From Rhizaria sp. SCN 62-66 (taxonomy: Eukaryota): a stretch of DNA of 20,000 nt. The DNA is taken from contig MEDY01000284.1 in assembly GCA_001724265.1 (NCBI GenBank), forward strand, positions 57,948 to 77,947, written 5' to 3'. Position 1 is the stretch's first letter, and each line of letters begins with the position of its first letter. A model generated the notes under the pieces. It made no database searches, was not told the DNA's origin, and saw nothing but the letters and a program-made list of their open reading frames with translations. The translations under genes and the position numbers were made by a program. Below, piece by piece: positions 1 through 11,110 of this stretch.

Positions 1-227
1 CGCGTCGCGACGGCGCGCGGCGTCTTCGCGCTCCTTGCGGAAGGCCAGAAATCGCTCTGCGGCCGCAAATTGCGCCACGAACTCGGCGAACACGGCGAAG
101 AACTGCGGCCACGACAGCACCGCGGGCGCGCCCAGCGACGCGGCGGCCGAGGCGGAGAGGCAGCCTGCGCGCGCAGGCAGCACGGGCACAGCCGCCCACG
201 CGGCCGCCAGTCCGCTCCCAGCGCCCG

Positions 228-258
<31 letters not shown>

Positions 259-3200
259 GTGGAAGCGCGCAACGGCGTCCGCGGCGGTGGCGGCGTCGGG
301 GACAACCGATGCAGCGACGCCGAAGAAGGCCATCGCGTCGGCGGCGACGGCGACGGCGGCGTGGAGCTGCGCGGCCGTCTCGTGGTACAGCGCCGCAGTG
401 ACCGCGGCGCGCGCGTGCAGCTGCAGCAGCGCGCGCTCGCCCGCGGCGTCGGCGGGCGCGCGGCGGAGCACCGTGGCCGCGGTGCGCAACACGGCCTCGA
501 TCTGCGCGAGTTCGGAGAAAATGGGCTCGCAGTCGGCCTTGGCGGCGTCGGCGAGCGCGGCCGTGTCGTGGATGAAGGCCACGCACTCTGGCCGGTTCTG
601 GTGCAGAAACGTGACCAGGTAGTGCAGCAGGGTCGTGCCGCCGCCGGAGATGCCGCCAGCGGAGCGGGTGTCGCCTGTACGGACACGCGTGATACATGAG
701 TAAGAAAGCAAGATGAGCAATAAAAAACAAAAGTTTTCGAAAAATATTAGAATTTCATCGCAACAAAGTTAAAATGCGTCATATGAGTTCAATCTGCGCT
801 GAGTATAGGAGATTTGTCGTACCGAGCTTCGTGAGGGTGGAGATGTGGAACGCCACGGCGGCGGGCTGGTCAGCGTTCATAAAATTGCCAAAGCGCAGAA
901 TGACGTGCAGAATGGTCCGCAGGTGCTGCGACGTCACCAGCGCCTCGCACGCGCGCACCGCGGCCGCCACGCGCGCCTGCATGCCGCGCAGCGCCGTCTC
1001 GGCGGCCTCGGCGTGCAGCGCGGTGGCGAGCTGCAGCCGCGTCTTGAGCAGCGGCGCGGCGCCCACCAGCGCGAAGACTTCCTCGGCAAAACCCAGCACG
1101 TGCGAGCGCGTGGCTGCCACCGCCTCGCGCCGCGCGGCCAGTCCGGCAGCCTCGCCTGCGGCCGCTGCATCGTCATCGCTAGGCAGCAGCCGCAGCAAGC
1201 GCTCGCGCATGCGCGCGCAGTCGGCCTCGGTGCGCCTGGCTAGCGTCGCAATGGCCTCGATCTCGTCCTGCGAGGGCGCGTGGCGGGCCAGACACTCCAG
1301 CGCGGCGTAGGGCAGCGCCGCGGCATCGGCGGCGGCGACCGCGGCGGCGAGCGCGGGCAGCGGCAGGCGCGCGGCGCGGAGCACGATCTCGAGCTGTCGA
1401 GCGCGGTCCGCGGCCAGCGCGGTCGCGGTCACGCGGGCAGACGGCGCGCGCGCGGCGGCCAGCGCGGCGTCGAACGCAGCGAACACGGCCGGGCCTTGAC
1501 TGGCCGCGCCGTCACTGTTGTTGTTGCCGCTGCTAGAGCTCTTGTTGTGAGAGGATTTGATGGGCATGGCGGAAAATGTGCGCGCAAACTCGGCCTCATC
1601 AAACGGCAGCGCGGCGGCCTCCGAGCCGGACCAAATGGAGCGCCCCGCGCCACGTGCGCGCGCCGTGGCCGTCACAGGTGACTGGGAGCGCGAGCGCGAG
1701 CGCGCGTTGAGCGCTGCGTGCTCGGCGTCGAGCCGCTGCCAGTGCAAGCGCTTCACACGGGGGCCTGTGCGCGCGGCGGCGGCGACGAGCACGGGCTTGG
1801 CTGCCGCCTTGCCACAGTCGCCGTCGTTGCCATCTTCGTCGTCGAAGAGACCGGGCGGCGCGGGCGGCGGCGCGGCCGTATTGCCCGACAGGAAATCGCC
1901 GAAAAGGTCTTCCGGCGGGGGCGGGGGCGCGCTGCCACAGCCGCTATCGCGCTCTCCCCTGCTAGGAGCGAGGTCGTCAAGCAGGCCAGCTGGCGCGGGC
2001 GGCGGCGGCGGCGGAGCGGTCGCAGCCAGCTCAGGGGCGGCGTTGCTCGCCACAGCGACTGCGCTGTTTACGGCTGAGACAGTGGCAAGCTGGCTCTTGG
2101 CGGCCGCAAGCATCGCTGCGACGGCGTCAGATGCTGCGCTGTCGACAGGGCTCACGCTTGAAGTCACACTGGCATTCGCGTTAACAGCGTCATCGTTGCT
2201 GGCGGCCGCAGCGTCAAAGAGCAGACTGAGCGGGTCCGTGACGTCCGACGCGGCGGCTTGACTTTGATCCCCCCGCGTCGGGCCCTTGCTGAGCACTGCG
2301 TCGGTCAGAACGGCATCAGTGAGCGCGGCGTCGTTGAGCGCAGCGGCGACGGCGCGCGCGACGGAACTGGCCACGCGTGCGGCGGCGCCCGGCGCAGCCA
2401 CGGCCCCGGGGGCAACGCCGCGCACGCGCACAACAAATGTGCCCGCGTCGGCCCCAGTCTCGGCCAGCACGGCCGCCGCAGCGGCCTCAGCCTCGGCGTC
2501 AGCCTCGTCGGTGCCAGTCAAGTTGAAGCCGCGCACTGCAGTGGCCGCAGCGGGGAGCGAGACGTCAACCACTGCACCGGCTCTAGCCACGGGACCAGTA
2601 CCGCTGACTGCCACGTGCTTGCGGCTGTGATCGCGGTCGCGGGGGCGATACGGTGTGGCGGGGCGGCCACGACCGCGCCTGTTCCCTGCCACAGCCCCGG
2701 ACGCGGTGGAGGGCTCGGTGACGGTGTTGCGGCCGCGGGGCGGTGTGGCGGCGCCCTCGCAGTCGGCGGCGTCGGAGCCGGGCGAGCAGTTGTGTTGTGC
2801 TGCGCGCGCGCTGTGGTGGTGGCTGTTACCACGAGCGAACCCTTGGCCATTGTGAGCCTGACCGTGAGCGTGAGCGTGACCGTTAGTGTTGATGTGGTTG
2901 TGGCCGTTGCTGTCGTTCTGAGTGAGAGTGCGCGCAGCGGCCCCGCGCGGAGGCGGCGTGCGCATGTGATTCGCGCCCGCGGAGGCCGCCGCCATTACCG
3001 CAGAGGCCGCGCTCGCAGCGCTTGTCAGTGTAGAGTGTGACGAGTGTGCAGCGCCAGCGACGGGGCCAGCGACGGGGCCCGCTGCTGTGGCGCCGCGGCA
3101 AGAGCGCGGGGCAGTGCGGGGCTGCTGTGGTGCGGGGGAGCCAAGCGCAGTGGGGGGCACGTGCGCGGGGCGGCGAGCGGCACCGTTGCGGCCAGCTGTA

Positions 3201-3635
3201 GCGCTGTTGGGGTTGTTGCGACGCGCGTGGGCATCGGCTCGGTACTGCGCCTCGAGGAACGCGAGCTCTTCTTGCGCAGACGGGGCTAGGCATGCAAAAA
3301 AACACAACGCAATACACACATGTTAGAGGTACTTTGTCATCGCAACATGCTAGCTTTGTTCTCTGGCTGATGATATAAGGACAAGCAGGGCGGAAGATAG
3401 TTCAGGACGTACCTTCGAAGAGAGGCTCGAAGAAGGAGAAGATCTTGGGGAGCAGTGAGGTCTGCAGCGGATCAGCGCGTGGCTCGCGAAACCGTGCGTT
3501 CACATCGGCGGGGTTGCGCACAGGCATCGGGGAATAGGTCGCGCGCGGGGCAACATACTGCTGTGGGCGCAGCAGAGCAGCATGCTCCACGCGGGGTCCA
3601 CCTTCGTACGCCTCTGTCGACGGATACGCACCCAT
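1..3635 (-). CDS. Formin (FH1/FH2 actin nucleator), 3'-partial; exons complement(3635..3413, 3285..823, 674..<1)
   Basis: FH2 hallmarks in order: RVKRLHWQRL and SIWS (lasso tryptophans), ARQLEIVL, ILRFGNFMN, then across the intron AFHISTLTKLG/DTRS...TTLLHYLV and FFAVFAEFVAQF. Short polyproline FH1 runs (PPPPPPAP, APPPPP, APPPAPP) lie just upstream. Both GT-AG introns splice in frame. The ATG at 3635 has an in-frame TAA just upstream; the start is less certain than the rest. Confidence 0.92.
675..822 (-). other. Spliceosomal intron (148 nt) in the formin FH2 domain
   Basis: Minus strand G|GTACGA...TACAG|GC, AT-rich; removal restores KLG-DTRS, matching the formin KLxDTKS motif. Confidence 0.9.
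3286..3412 (-). other. Spliceosomal intron (127 nt) in the formin 5' region
   Basis: Minus strand GAAG|GTACGT...TTTTTTTGCATGCCTAG|CC; joins ORF 3402..3641 to ORF 779..3319 in frame. Confidence 0.8.
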
Positions 3636-4076
3636 AGCCAATTATAAAGAAAGTAGGCTGTGTTTCTTAATACGTTAAAACGTGTGCACTTGTTCACAAA
3701 CGTATGATCGGGATATTGACGAAGCAATTGACTGATCACGAAAGGCGTTGGCATCACGGTTTCCAACGGCTACTACTTGCTTGTCGTCGCTTCGGATAAG
3801 CTGGACCGAAAAAAGAGCATGGCTGACTGCTGTGGTGAGACGGGAGAAGGACGAGAAAAACATCGCACTTCGCCTGGTTCTATCTATTCTGGCCGTCAAA
3901 CGTGTTGATGTTGAGTTGAGAGTGCTATTGCACCGATTTTCTATCATTTTTCTTTTTAATAGTCGTTCTTTGTCGCTCACTCGACCCTCTGCACCGTGCC
4001 CTCTTTTCTCGGTCCGACCCTCGCCCTGCGTGCCCGCCCCCCCGTCCACGCCCCCCACCCGCAGCTTGCTGTCCCC
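3636..4076. promoter_or_regulatory. Short divergent (head-to-head) intergenic region between formin and PNO1
   Basis: About 440 bp of lower-GC sequence between two oppositely oriented start codons; no specific motif identified. Confidence 0.45.
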
Positions 4077-5016
4077 ATGTCCAACATGATCGACGACGAG
4101 GACTACGCCGGCTCTTACGAGCACGGCCAGGACCTGAACGCGGCCTACGCCGAGGGCGGCGAGTCGCTCGCGTCGCAGGAGTACGGCGGCATGCACGACA
4201 ACGACGCCACGGCCTCGGATGTCACTTTTGCGCCCCTGGGCGCGGCCGAGATGGACAAGGGCGTGGTTCACAACCTGCGCGTGCCGGTTCCGCTGCACCG
4301 CTTGACGCCGCTGCGCGACGCGTGGATGGACATCTACACGCCCATCGCGCAGCACATGAAGCTGCAGATCCGCTTCGACACTGCAAAACGCTTCATCGAG
4401 CTGCAGACGTGCGAGGAGACCGAGTCGCCTCACGCCATCACCAAGGCCGCCGACTTCTGCCGCGCCTTCGTGCTGGGCTTTGAGCTGCGTGACGCCATCG
4501 CGCTGCTGCGTCTGGACGACCTCTACATCGACACGTTCCACATCAAGGAAGTGCGCCAGGTGTCGACCGACGAGGAAGTGTCGCGCTCCATCGGCCGTAT
4601 CGCCGGCCACAACGGCAAGACCAAATTCACCATCGAGAACGCCACCAAGACGCGTATCGTGCTTAATGAGGGCCAGATCAACATCCTCGGGTACGTTAAT
4701 ATCCCATCTTACAGTCTCTTATTATAGTCTCAGTGCAAACAACAACGAGCTTCATCAGTACAAAGCAAATCTAAGTCACTTGATCACACAGCCTCCTATA
4801 TCTCGCATTCTCATGCATCTTAGCTCACATTCAATCGCTCTGTTCCATTCTGTCTCGATCGTGTTTTGTATTCTTTTGACCATCATACTTCACAGTTCGT
4901 ACAAGAACATCCGGTACGCCAAGGACGCCGTGGTGGCCCTTATCATTGGCTCGCCCCCCGGCAAGATCTTCACCCGCATGCGCAACGTCTCCACATACAC
5001 CAAGCAGCGCTTCTAA
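4077..5016 (+). CDS. PNO1: Pre-rRNA processing KH-domain protein PNO1/Dim2; exons 4077..4690, 4896..5016
   Basis: Characteristic sequence RVPVPLHRLTPLRDAWMDIYTPI...KAADFCRAFVLGFELRDAIALLRLDDLYIDTF...SRSIGRIAGHNGKTKFTIENATKTRIVL...ILG/SYKNIRYAKDAVVALIIGSPPGKIF...QRF; ends in TAA. Confidence 0.96.
4691..4895 (+). other. Spliceosomal intron (205 nt) in PNO1
   Basis: GG|GTACGT...CTTCACAG|TTCG; removal gives the conserved ILGSYKNI. Confidence 0.92.
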
Positions 5017-5718
5017 GCTCAAAGCTTAATAGTCTAATACTATTCGCCAACGCTTCAATCAAGTCAAGCGAAGCTAAGCGACAAGTCCATTTAGTATCTG
5101 CTATGCACTGCCGTGGGTTTCTTGTTGCAGCGCACAGAGGCTTGCTGCGAACAACACACTAGCACACGCACCGCGCAGCGCACTGACTGCGGCACCGTGC
5201 GCAGTCTGGCTCTGGTGGCCCGACTGACTGCGATCCGCTGTGGCTGGGGCTGAGGTGACAAGCGAGCAGTACACCATTACATAGTTTATATGCACTCGAG
5301 CGAAAACAGTTATTTCGATATGCAATACACACACTTTTGAATAAATTGAAACTGCCATTATTTATTTCACCCGAGTCGATTTGGGCACTGCTGGAGGGGG
5401 GATATGTCCGTTGCGAGCCTGATTTGGTGACCGTGGGCAGCCGACTGACAGCACTAGGTGGCGACAGAAGCAGGGTCATCGCCCAACCTCAACGGGAATG
5501 GTCCCCCCACGTCGCCTTGTTTTGCTTGCTGGCGCTTGCTGTAGTCGATAAAGCCGTTTGATAACACGATGGTGCGACATATACACACGTTAAGATATCA
5601 TTTCTAACACTTTTTTGTGCTTCCCCGTCCGTTTTGCAGGTGTATTTCGTGCAGTTATTTTCCACTACCTGTTCCCCCTAGTTGAGCTCGTTCTGTATTA
5701 TATCCGCTGCCGGCGTGC

Positions 5719-8237
5719 ATGCTATCGTCCTCTTCACCGGGCCACAGCGCGCTAAATGGTCAGGAGGCCCAAAACCACATTAGTTACTCTTCAGAAACGT
5801 ACGTCACTGTGATTCTTTTAGAGCGAAACACGTCTTTTTAGTTTGATTGACCAGGGCCCTTCGGCTCATATCCACTTGTGTGGCCCTTGCATCTTACCCC
5901 CGATCTCAGCTCCATCCATGCTATTTCCACTCAACCAAACGCTTTTCATTTCTTTCCTCCCCGTTTACACCTTCCGCAGCGACACCCATGACATTATAAT
6001 CCCGCATCTGTTCGCAAAGCTGACGCTCAACGTTCGCGAAGGCTTCGACCTGCAGAGCTCCCCACAGCATGACCCGCGCCCGCTGCCGCCCAAGGCGCCG
6101 CTGGTGACCCCGCGCAACGGCACTACGGTGCTCGCCACGCGCGACGCGCCGCACAGCGCTGGGATGGGTCCTGCCCCCGGCACTTCCTATTCTGGCGGCC
6201 TTTTCCCCATGCACCACATGGACGCCTCCTCCGCCTCCGCGTCTGCCTCTGCGTCTGCGTCTGCGTCTGCGTCGGCGTCGTGCTCGTCGTCTGCGGCGTC
6301 GTCCTCGCTGGGCCACACGCGCAGCCTGTCGCGCTGCATGGCACCTGATCGCACCTTCGACGCGCCCCCGCCGCTGGCCGCGCTCGCTATTGCAGATACG
6401 CTGCTCATCGAGCCCGTCGCGCGCTCACGCCGCCCGCGCGAGAACGGCGGCACCACGCCCACGCCCACGGCCGCCGCTGCAGCCGCCGCCGCAGCCGCCG
6501 CCACGCTCGCCGCCGCCACCGCCGCGGCCGCCGCCGCGGCCGCCGCGAACGCGCCCGCCGGCTTGGGGGTCGGTTTCCCGCTGGGGCTGCCCCACGGGCC
6601 TCCGCGGCGCTGCCATACTTCGCACTCGAATGGCGCGGGCGGCGCGGGCGGCGGCGCACAGACGGTGGCGATGAGCGACTCGTACGCGCGCGCGGGTTCC
6701 GCGCTCGACAACCACCCGAACGCTGGTGGTAACATCAATGGCACGGGCGCTGGCGCGGGCGCGGGCGCGGTCTTCCCTGGCGCGCGCGGCGCCGCTGGCC
6801 CCTTCGGCCCCGGCTCTGGCGCAGGCACTGGCGTTGGCGCTGGCTCTGGCGCGAGCGGTAGCGCGGTGGCGCCTGTGCGGACTCTGGGCGTGCACGGCAC
6901 TCGCGGGGCGCGCGCCGGCAGCAACGGCTCCGCGTTCGAGGCTGGTCTTCCGCTCCCGCTCCCCAGCGGCGCGGTCGCCGGCGGACAGGGCGGCGCCGTT
7001 GCCGTTCCTCACGCCCACGGTCACGGTCACAGTCATCATCACCCCCACAGCCACGCGTCCCACCACCACCACAACCACCACCGAGGTGGCGCGGGCAGCG
7101 GCAGCAGCAGCAGTCTGAGCGACGACGACGACAGCGACGACAGCGACGCGGACCGGAGCAAGAACCGCGCCAACGAAGACAGCGACGATGACGACGAAGG
7201 CTACTACCGCCGTCAGCGCTCTGCTACGCAGCGTATGCTGCTGAGCTCGCACACGCACACGCCCGCGGCGTCGGCGTCGGCGTCTTCGCCCTCGCGCTCC
7301 CCCGCCACGGCCCCCGCCTCGGCCGCTGCCGCCGGCGTCTCCCAGCAACATCCACACGCGCAATCGCCGGCGCAGCTGTCGTGGCCGGCGCCGGTCCCCG
7401 CAGGCCCCGCGGGCGCGGGCGCGGTGTCGGCCGCGGTGATGCGCGCGGGCGACGACGACGACGTGTGCCTCGGCGCGCCGGCCCCGGTCCCCGTCACGCT
7501 CACGCCTTCGCTGTCGACGCGCGACCTGTACTTCCACAACATATCGGCCGCGTACCAGACCGCCGCGCTCACCTTGTCGCACGGCGCGTACGCGAGCTGC
7601 GCTGCCAGTACCGCCGGCAACGGCAACGGCAACGGCGGCGCCAGCTACGCGGCTGCGGGATGCGGCTACGGCGGCTACGGCGGCTACGGCCCAGTGCCTA
7701 CTGTGACAGCCAGCGGTGTGGTCACCAGCGGCAGCAGCAGTAGCAGCAGCATGCAGACGACGTGCATCGGCGCGTGTCCCATCCACGGCCCCGTCTCGCG
7801 CTTCGCCGCCGCGGGCCACGCGCACGCCGCGGCGGCCCGCGCGCCGTCGCCGCTGCTCAGCGCGTCCGCGCAGCAGCACTCGTTCTCTCAGTCGCACGCA
7901 CAGTCGTTCACGGCACAGGCACAGGCACAGGCACAGGCGCAGGCGCAGGCGCAGGGGCAGGGGCAGGGGCAGGGGCAGATGAGCTGCTTCGTGCACCCGA
8001 CGCCCGCCTCGGCGCTGGCCGCCGCGCACACCGCCGCGGCACAGGCCCGACTCGCCGCCGCAGCCGCGCTTGCCGCGCCAGTGAGCACCACGCCAGTGAG
8101 CACCGCGCCGATCAGCACTGCGCCGGTGAACTCTGCGCAGCAGATGCACGGCGCTCAGATGCTGTCTGTGCCGGCGCCCGGCAACAGCATGGACTTCGCA
8201 GACTTCAACAACAGCAACAGCGGTAACACCAGCGCCA

Positions 8238-8269
<32 letters not shown>

Positions 8270-11110
8270 GCGCCCACGGTGGGCGGCCGCGCGCGGTCCG
8301 CGTCTCTGGGTGTGGACTCAACGCTGCCCGCGGCCGCCGCGACCGCCGCTGCGACGGGGCAACACTCGCACTCGCACGCCCGCGCCGCTGGTCTGCCCCA
8401 GGCCCATGCCAGTGGGCTCTCCGCGGGCAACAGCGGCAGCAGCGGCAGCGGCGGGTTCGCTGCCGGCGGGTTCGCGGGGTTTGCGCACTCGTTCGGCGGC
8501 GCGCAGCCGCAAGCGCTGGCGCGGCAGCCGTCGTCCAGCAGCCTGGGCACCGCGCCCATGTCGGCCTCGTTCACCGGCGGCAGCAACAGCAATACCATGG
8601 GCGCGTACGCTGGGGCTGGGCTCAACTCGCCCCCGCGCGCCCCCTCGGCCCACGCCCACCATGGCCACAGCGGCCACAGCGGCCTCACAAGTCACGGCCA
8701 CGGTTATGCCCACGTTGTGAACCATAGTCACGGGACTGCTGCTGCGGCGGCGCTGCTGCCCCCGCAGCCCGCGTCGTCGGCGTCGTCGCACCGCACGCTG
8801 CCGGCCTCCAACAGCTTCTCCGCGGCGGCCTCGGCCTCGGCGGCGGCGGCGGCGGCGGCGGCCTTTGCGGCGGCCACCGCGGCGGGCGGCGCCGCGGGCG
8901 TAACGCCTCCGCCCGTCCACGACAGCAACTCGCAGGCGCAGTCGCAATCGAACGCGCAGTCGAACGCGCAGTCCGCCGCCAACACGCCCGCGTCTGCCGG
9001 CGCCGGCGCGTGGCAATGGCAGACCGCGCAGACGCAGTCGCTGCCGCCGGGCCCGCCCGTGCCGTCGCTGCACTCGCCGCTCTCGGTCCGCGCTTCGCCC
9101 CCCGCGGCCGCCCCCGCTGGCGCCGGGGCCGGCTGGATGGGACTTGGCGCCGGCGCCGCAGGTTCTGTGTACAGCACGACGTCTGTGAGTGTGGTGAGTA
9201 ACAACAATAACAGCAACAACGCGCCGTCTGCGACGCTGCTGCCGCCGCGACCTATGGCCTTCACGCCCTCGGCCCCCGCGCCCGCGGCCAGCTTCACCGC
9301 TAGCGCCGTCAGCTCCAGCTCCAGCAGCGGCGGCGGTTTCGGTGGCGGTTTACTGGCGGCGCCTGTGCCTGTGCCGACTTTGAGCAACAACTCGACGCTA
9401 GGCGGCGTGAGCATGAGCTTTGCGGCCGCGCAGGCGCAGGCGCAGCAGTACCAGCAGTCGTACCAGCTCTACACACAGCAGCAGCAGCTACAGATGCAGC
9501 AGAACGCGCTGGCGTCCTACTCCTCCGCGGCCGCCGCCGCCGCGGCCGCGGCCGCGGTCTTCGGTCCCGACTGTCAGTGTCCGTGTCTGTGCGCGCAGCT
9601 GCTCACCGCACACACGGCCGTGTCGGCCGCCAACGCCGCCGCCGCTGCCGCCGCGCTCGCCGCGGGTCGCGCCGCGACGCCGCTGTCGGTGCTCTCGGAG
9701 CGCCATTCCCCCGCGCCCGCCGCCGGCGTGTTTGCCGCTGGCTCTGCGCACGGCATCGGCGCTGAGACGCCCCGGTCGCTGCTCAGTCTGCTGTCGCCTG
9801 CGGCTTCGGCGCAGCACTCGCCCGCGGCGGAGCCCGCGGTGCCGCCCGCGGCGTCGGCCGCGGCGCTGATGCTCGCACTGCCGTCCTCTTCGTCGTCGTC
9901 GTCGGTGTCGCCGGCGGCCGGCGGGCTGATGATGCTGTCTGCGCCCGCGCTGTCGACGTCGTTGTCGGCGTCGTCGCTCTCGCCGAGCGGGCTATCGCTC
10001 TCTGGCACCGGCGCCGGCGCCGTGATGCACCAGCAGCACCAGCAGCACCAACAGCTACAGCTGCAACAGCAACAGCAGCAGCAGAGCCCGTTGCAGCAGC
10101 AGGCGCTGGCGCACACGTTCTCGGCCTCGGGCTTCAGCCACAGCTCTAGCTCCGGCTTCGGCTCCGGCTTTGGCTTCGGTCTCACGCCCAGCTCTTCGCC
10201 CACCAACGCTAATCCCAGTACCAGCGCCAGCGCCAGTGCCAGTGCCAGCGGGGCGTACGGTGCGAGCGGCGTGAGTGGAGTGAGCAGCAGCAATGTGGGG
10301 TTCAAGTCGTTCGCGTCGCTGCAAGTGCCCGCGACTGCGCAGGCGCAGGCGTATGGCCACGGCTTCCAGACCCAGCTTCAGGCTCAACAGGCTCAGGCCC
10401 AGGCACAGGCCCAGGCGCAGGCGCAGGCGCAGGCTCAGGCGCAGGCTCAGGCGCAGCAGACGCCGACGTTGCCGCAGTCGCATCTGCTTCTCCCGCATGC
10501 GACCGTGCCCGTGACCGGCACGCGCAATTCTTTCTCCTCGCTGTCGTCGTCCTCGGGCTCGTCGACCTCGGCCGGCTCCGGCTCGGGCTCCGCGCTGCCG
10601 CTGTCGCTCGACTGGCGCTCGCTGGGCGCGACCACGCTCTCGCTGGCCGAGTCCTCGGCCGCGTCGCGCGTCGGCAGCGCAGGCGTCCCCAGCAGCGCCG
10701 CCGCCGCGCCCGGCCTTCAGCACGCGCATGCGCATGCGCACCCGCACGCACACGCACACGCGACCGCCAGCAGCAGCGCGGCGGCTGCGGCGGCGTCTGC
10801 GGCCGCGGGCGGCGGGCACATGGGCGACGAGTGCGTTGCCGGACTGGATATCGTGGTGCACGGAGACGATCAGTGCGACGCGCACGGCGTCCAGTGCGTT
10901 AGCCACGACCACAGCCACGGGCACAGCCACGGGCACAGCCACGGGCATGGGCACGGGCATGGACGCCATGCGAGTGCGCGGTTCGGCTGTGGCGAAGACT
11001 CCATGCGCGTGTGCAGCGGATGCGGCGAGCCGTGCGGCGACGAGGCGCACTCGTCCGCCGACTGCACGCCCCAGCCCGTCACGCGCCGTCTCGGATCACA
11101 GCCCATCTAA
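5719..11110 (+). CDS. Hypothetical ~1736-aa low-complexity (Ala/Ser/Gly/Gln/His-rich), probably disordered protein; exons 5719..5798, 5980..11110
   Basis: 5.1-kb uninterrupted frame with GC-rich third positions, ending TAA with an abrupt drop in GC. A short first exon (MLSSSSPGHS...SSET) splices in frame via AC|GTACGT...CCGCAG|C. No recognisable family domain. Confidence 0.75.
5799..5979 (+). other. Spliceosomal intron (181 nt) in the low-complexity protein gene
   Basis: GTACGT donor, pyrimidine tract, CCGCAG acceptor, phase 2 on both sides. Confidence 0.75.
6233..6280 (+). repeat. Coding hexamer repeat (GCNTCN)n encoding (Ala-Ser)n
   Basis: gcctcc gcgtct gcctct gcgtct gcgtct... read directly. 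Confidence 0.85.
7913..7978 (+). repeat. Coding hexamer repeat, 11 units: (GCRCAG)7(GGGCAG)4 encoding (AQ)7(GQ)4
   Basis: Read directly from the sequence. Confidence 0.9.
10391..10456 (+). repeat. Coding hexamer repeat (GCNCAG)11 encoding (AQ)11
   Basis: Read directly; synonymous variation between units. Confidence 0.9.
10910..10963 (+). repeat. Coding repeat (CACAGCCACGGG)3 plus HG dipeptides; His-rich tract
   Basis: Encodes HSHGHSHGHSHGHGHGHG. Confidence 0.85.

Noticed and set aside
35-3326. Many plus-strand ORFs (e.g. 35..622, 70..699, 1557..2261, 2258..3040)
   Set aside because: Antisense shadows of the GC-rich formin CDS; no independent protein features.
3675-4610. 311-aa minus-strand ORF
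   Set aside because: Antisense to PNO1, kept open by strong codon bias.
7913-10963. Tandem repeats as a CRISPR array or mobile element
   Set aside because: In-frame coding microsatellites without spacers, terminal repeats or transposase/cas genes, in a eukaryotic context.
5921-11106. Long Arg-rich or Cys/Ala-rich ORFs on the minus strand and in alternative frames (e.g. 6425..8149)
   Set aside because: Frame and antisense artefacts of the repeat-rich plus-strand gene.
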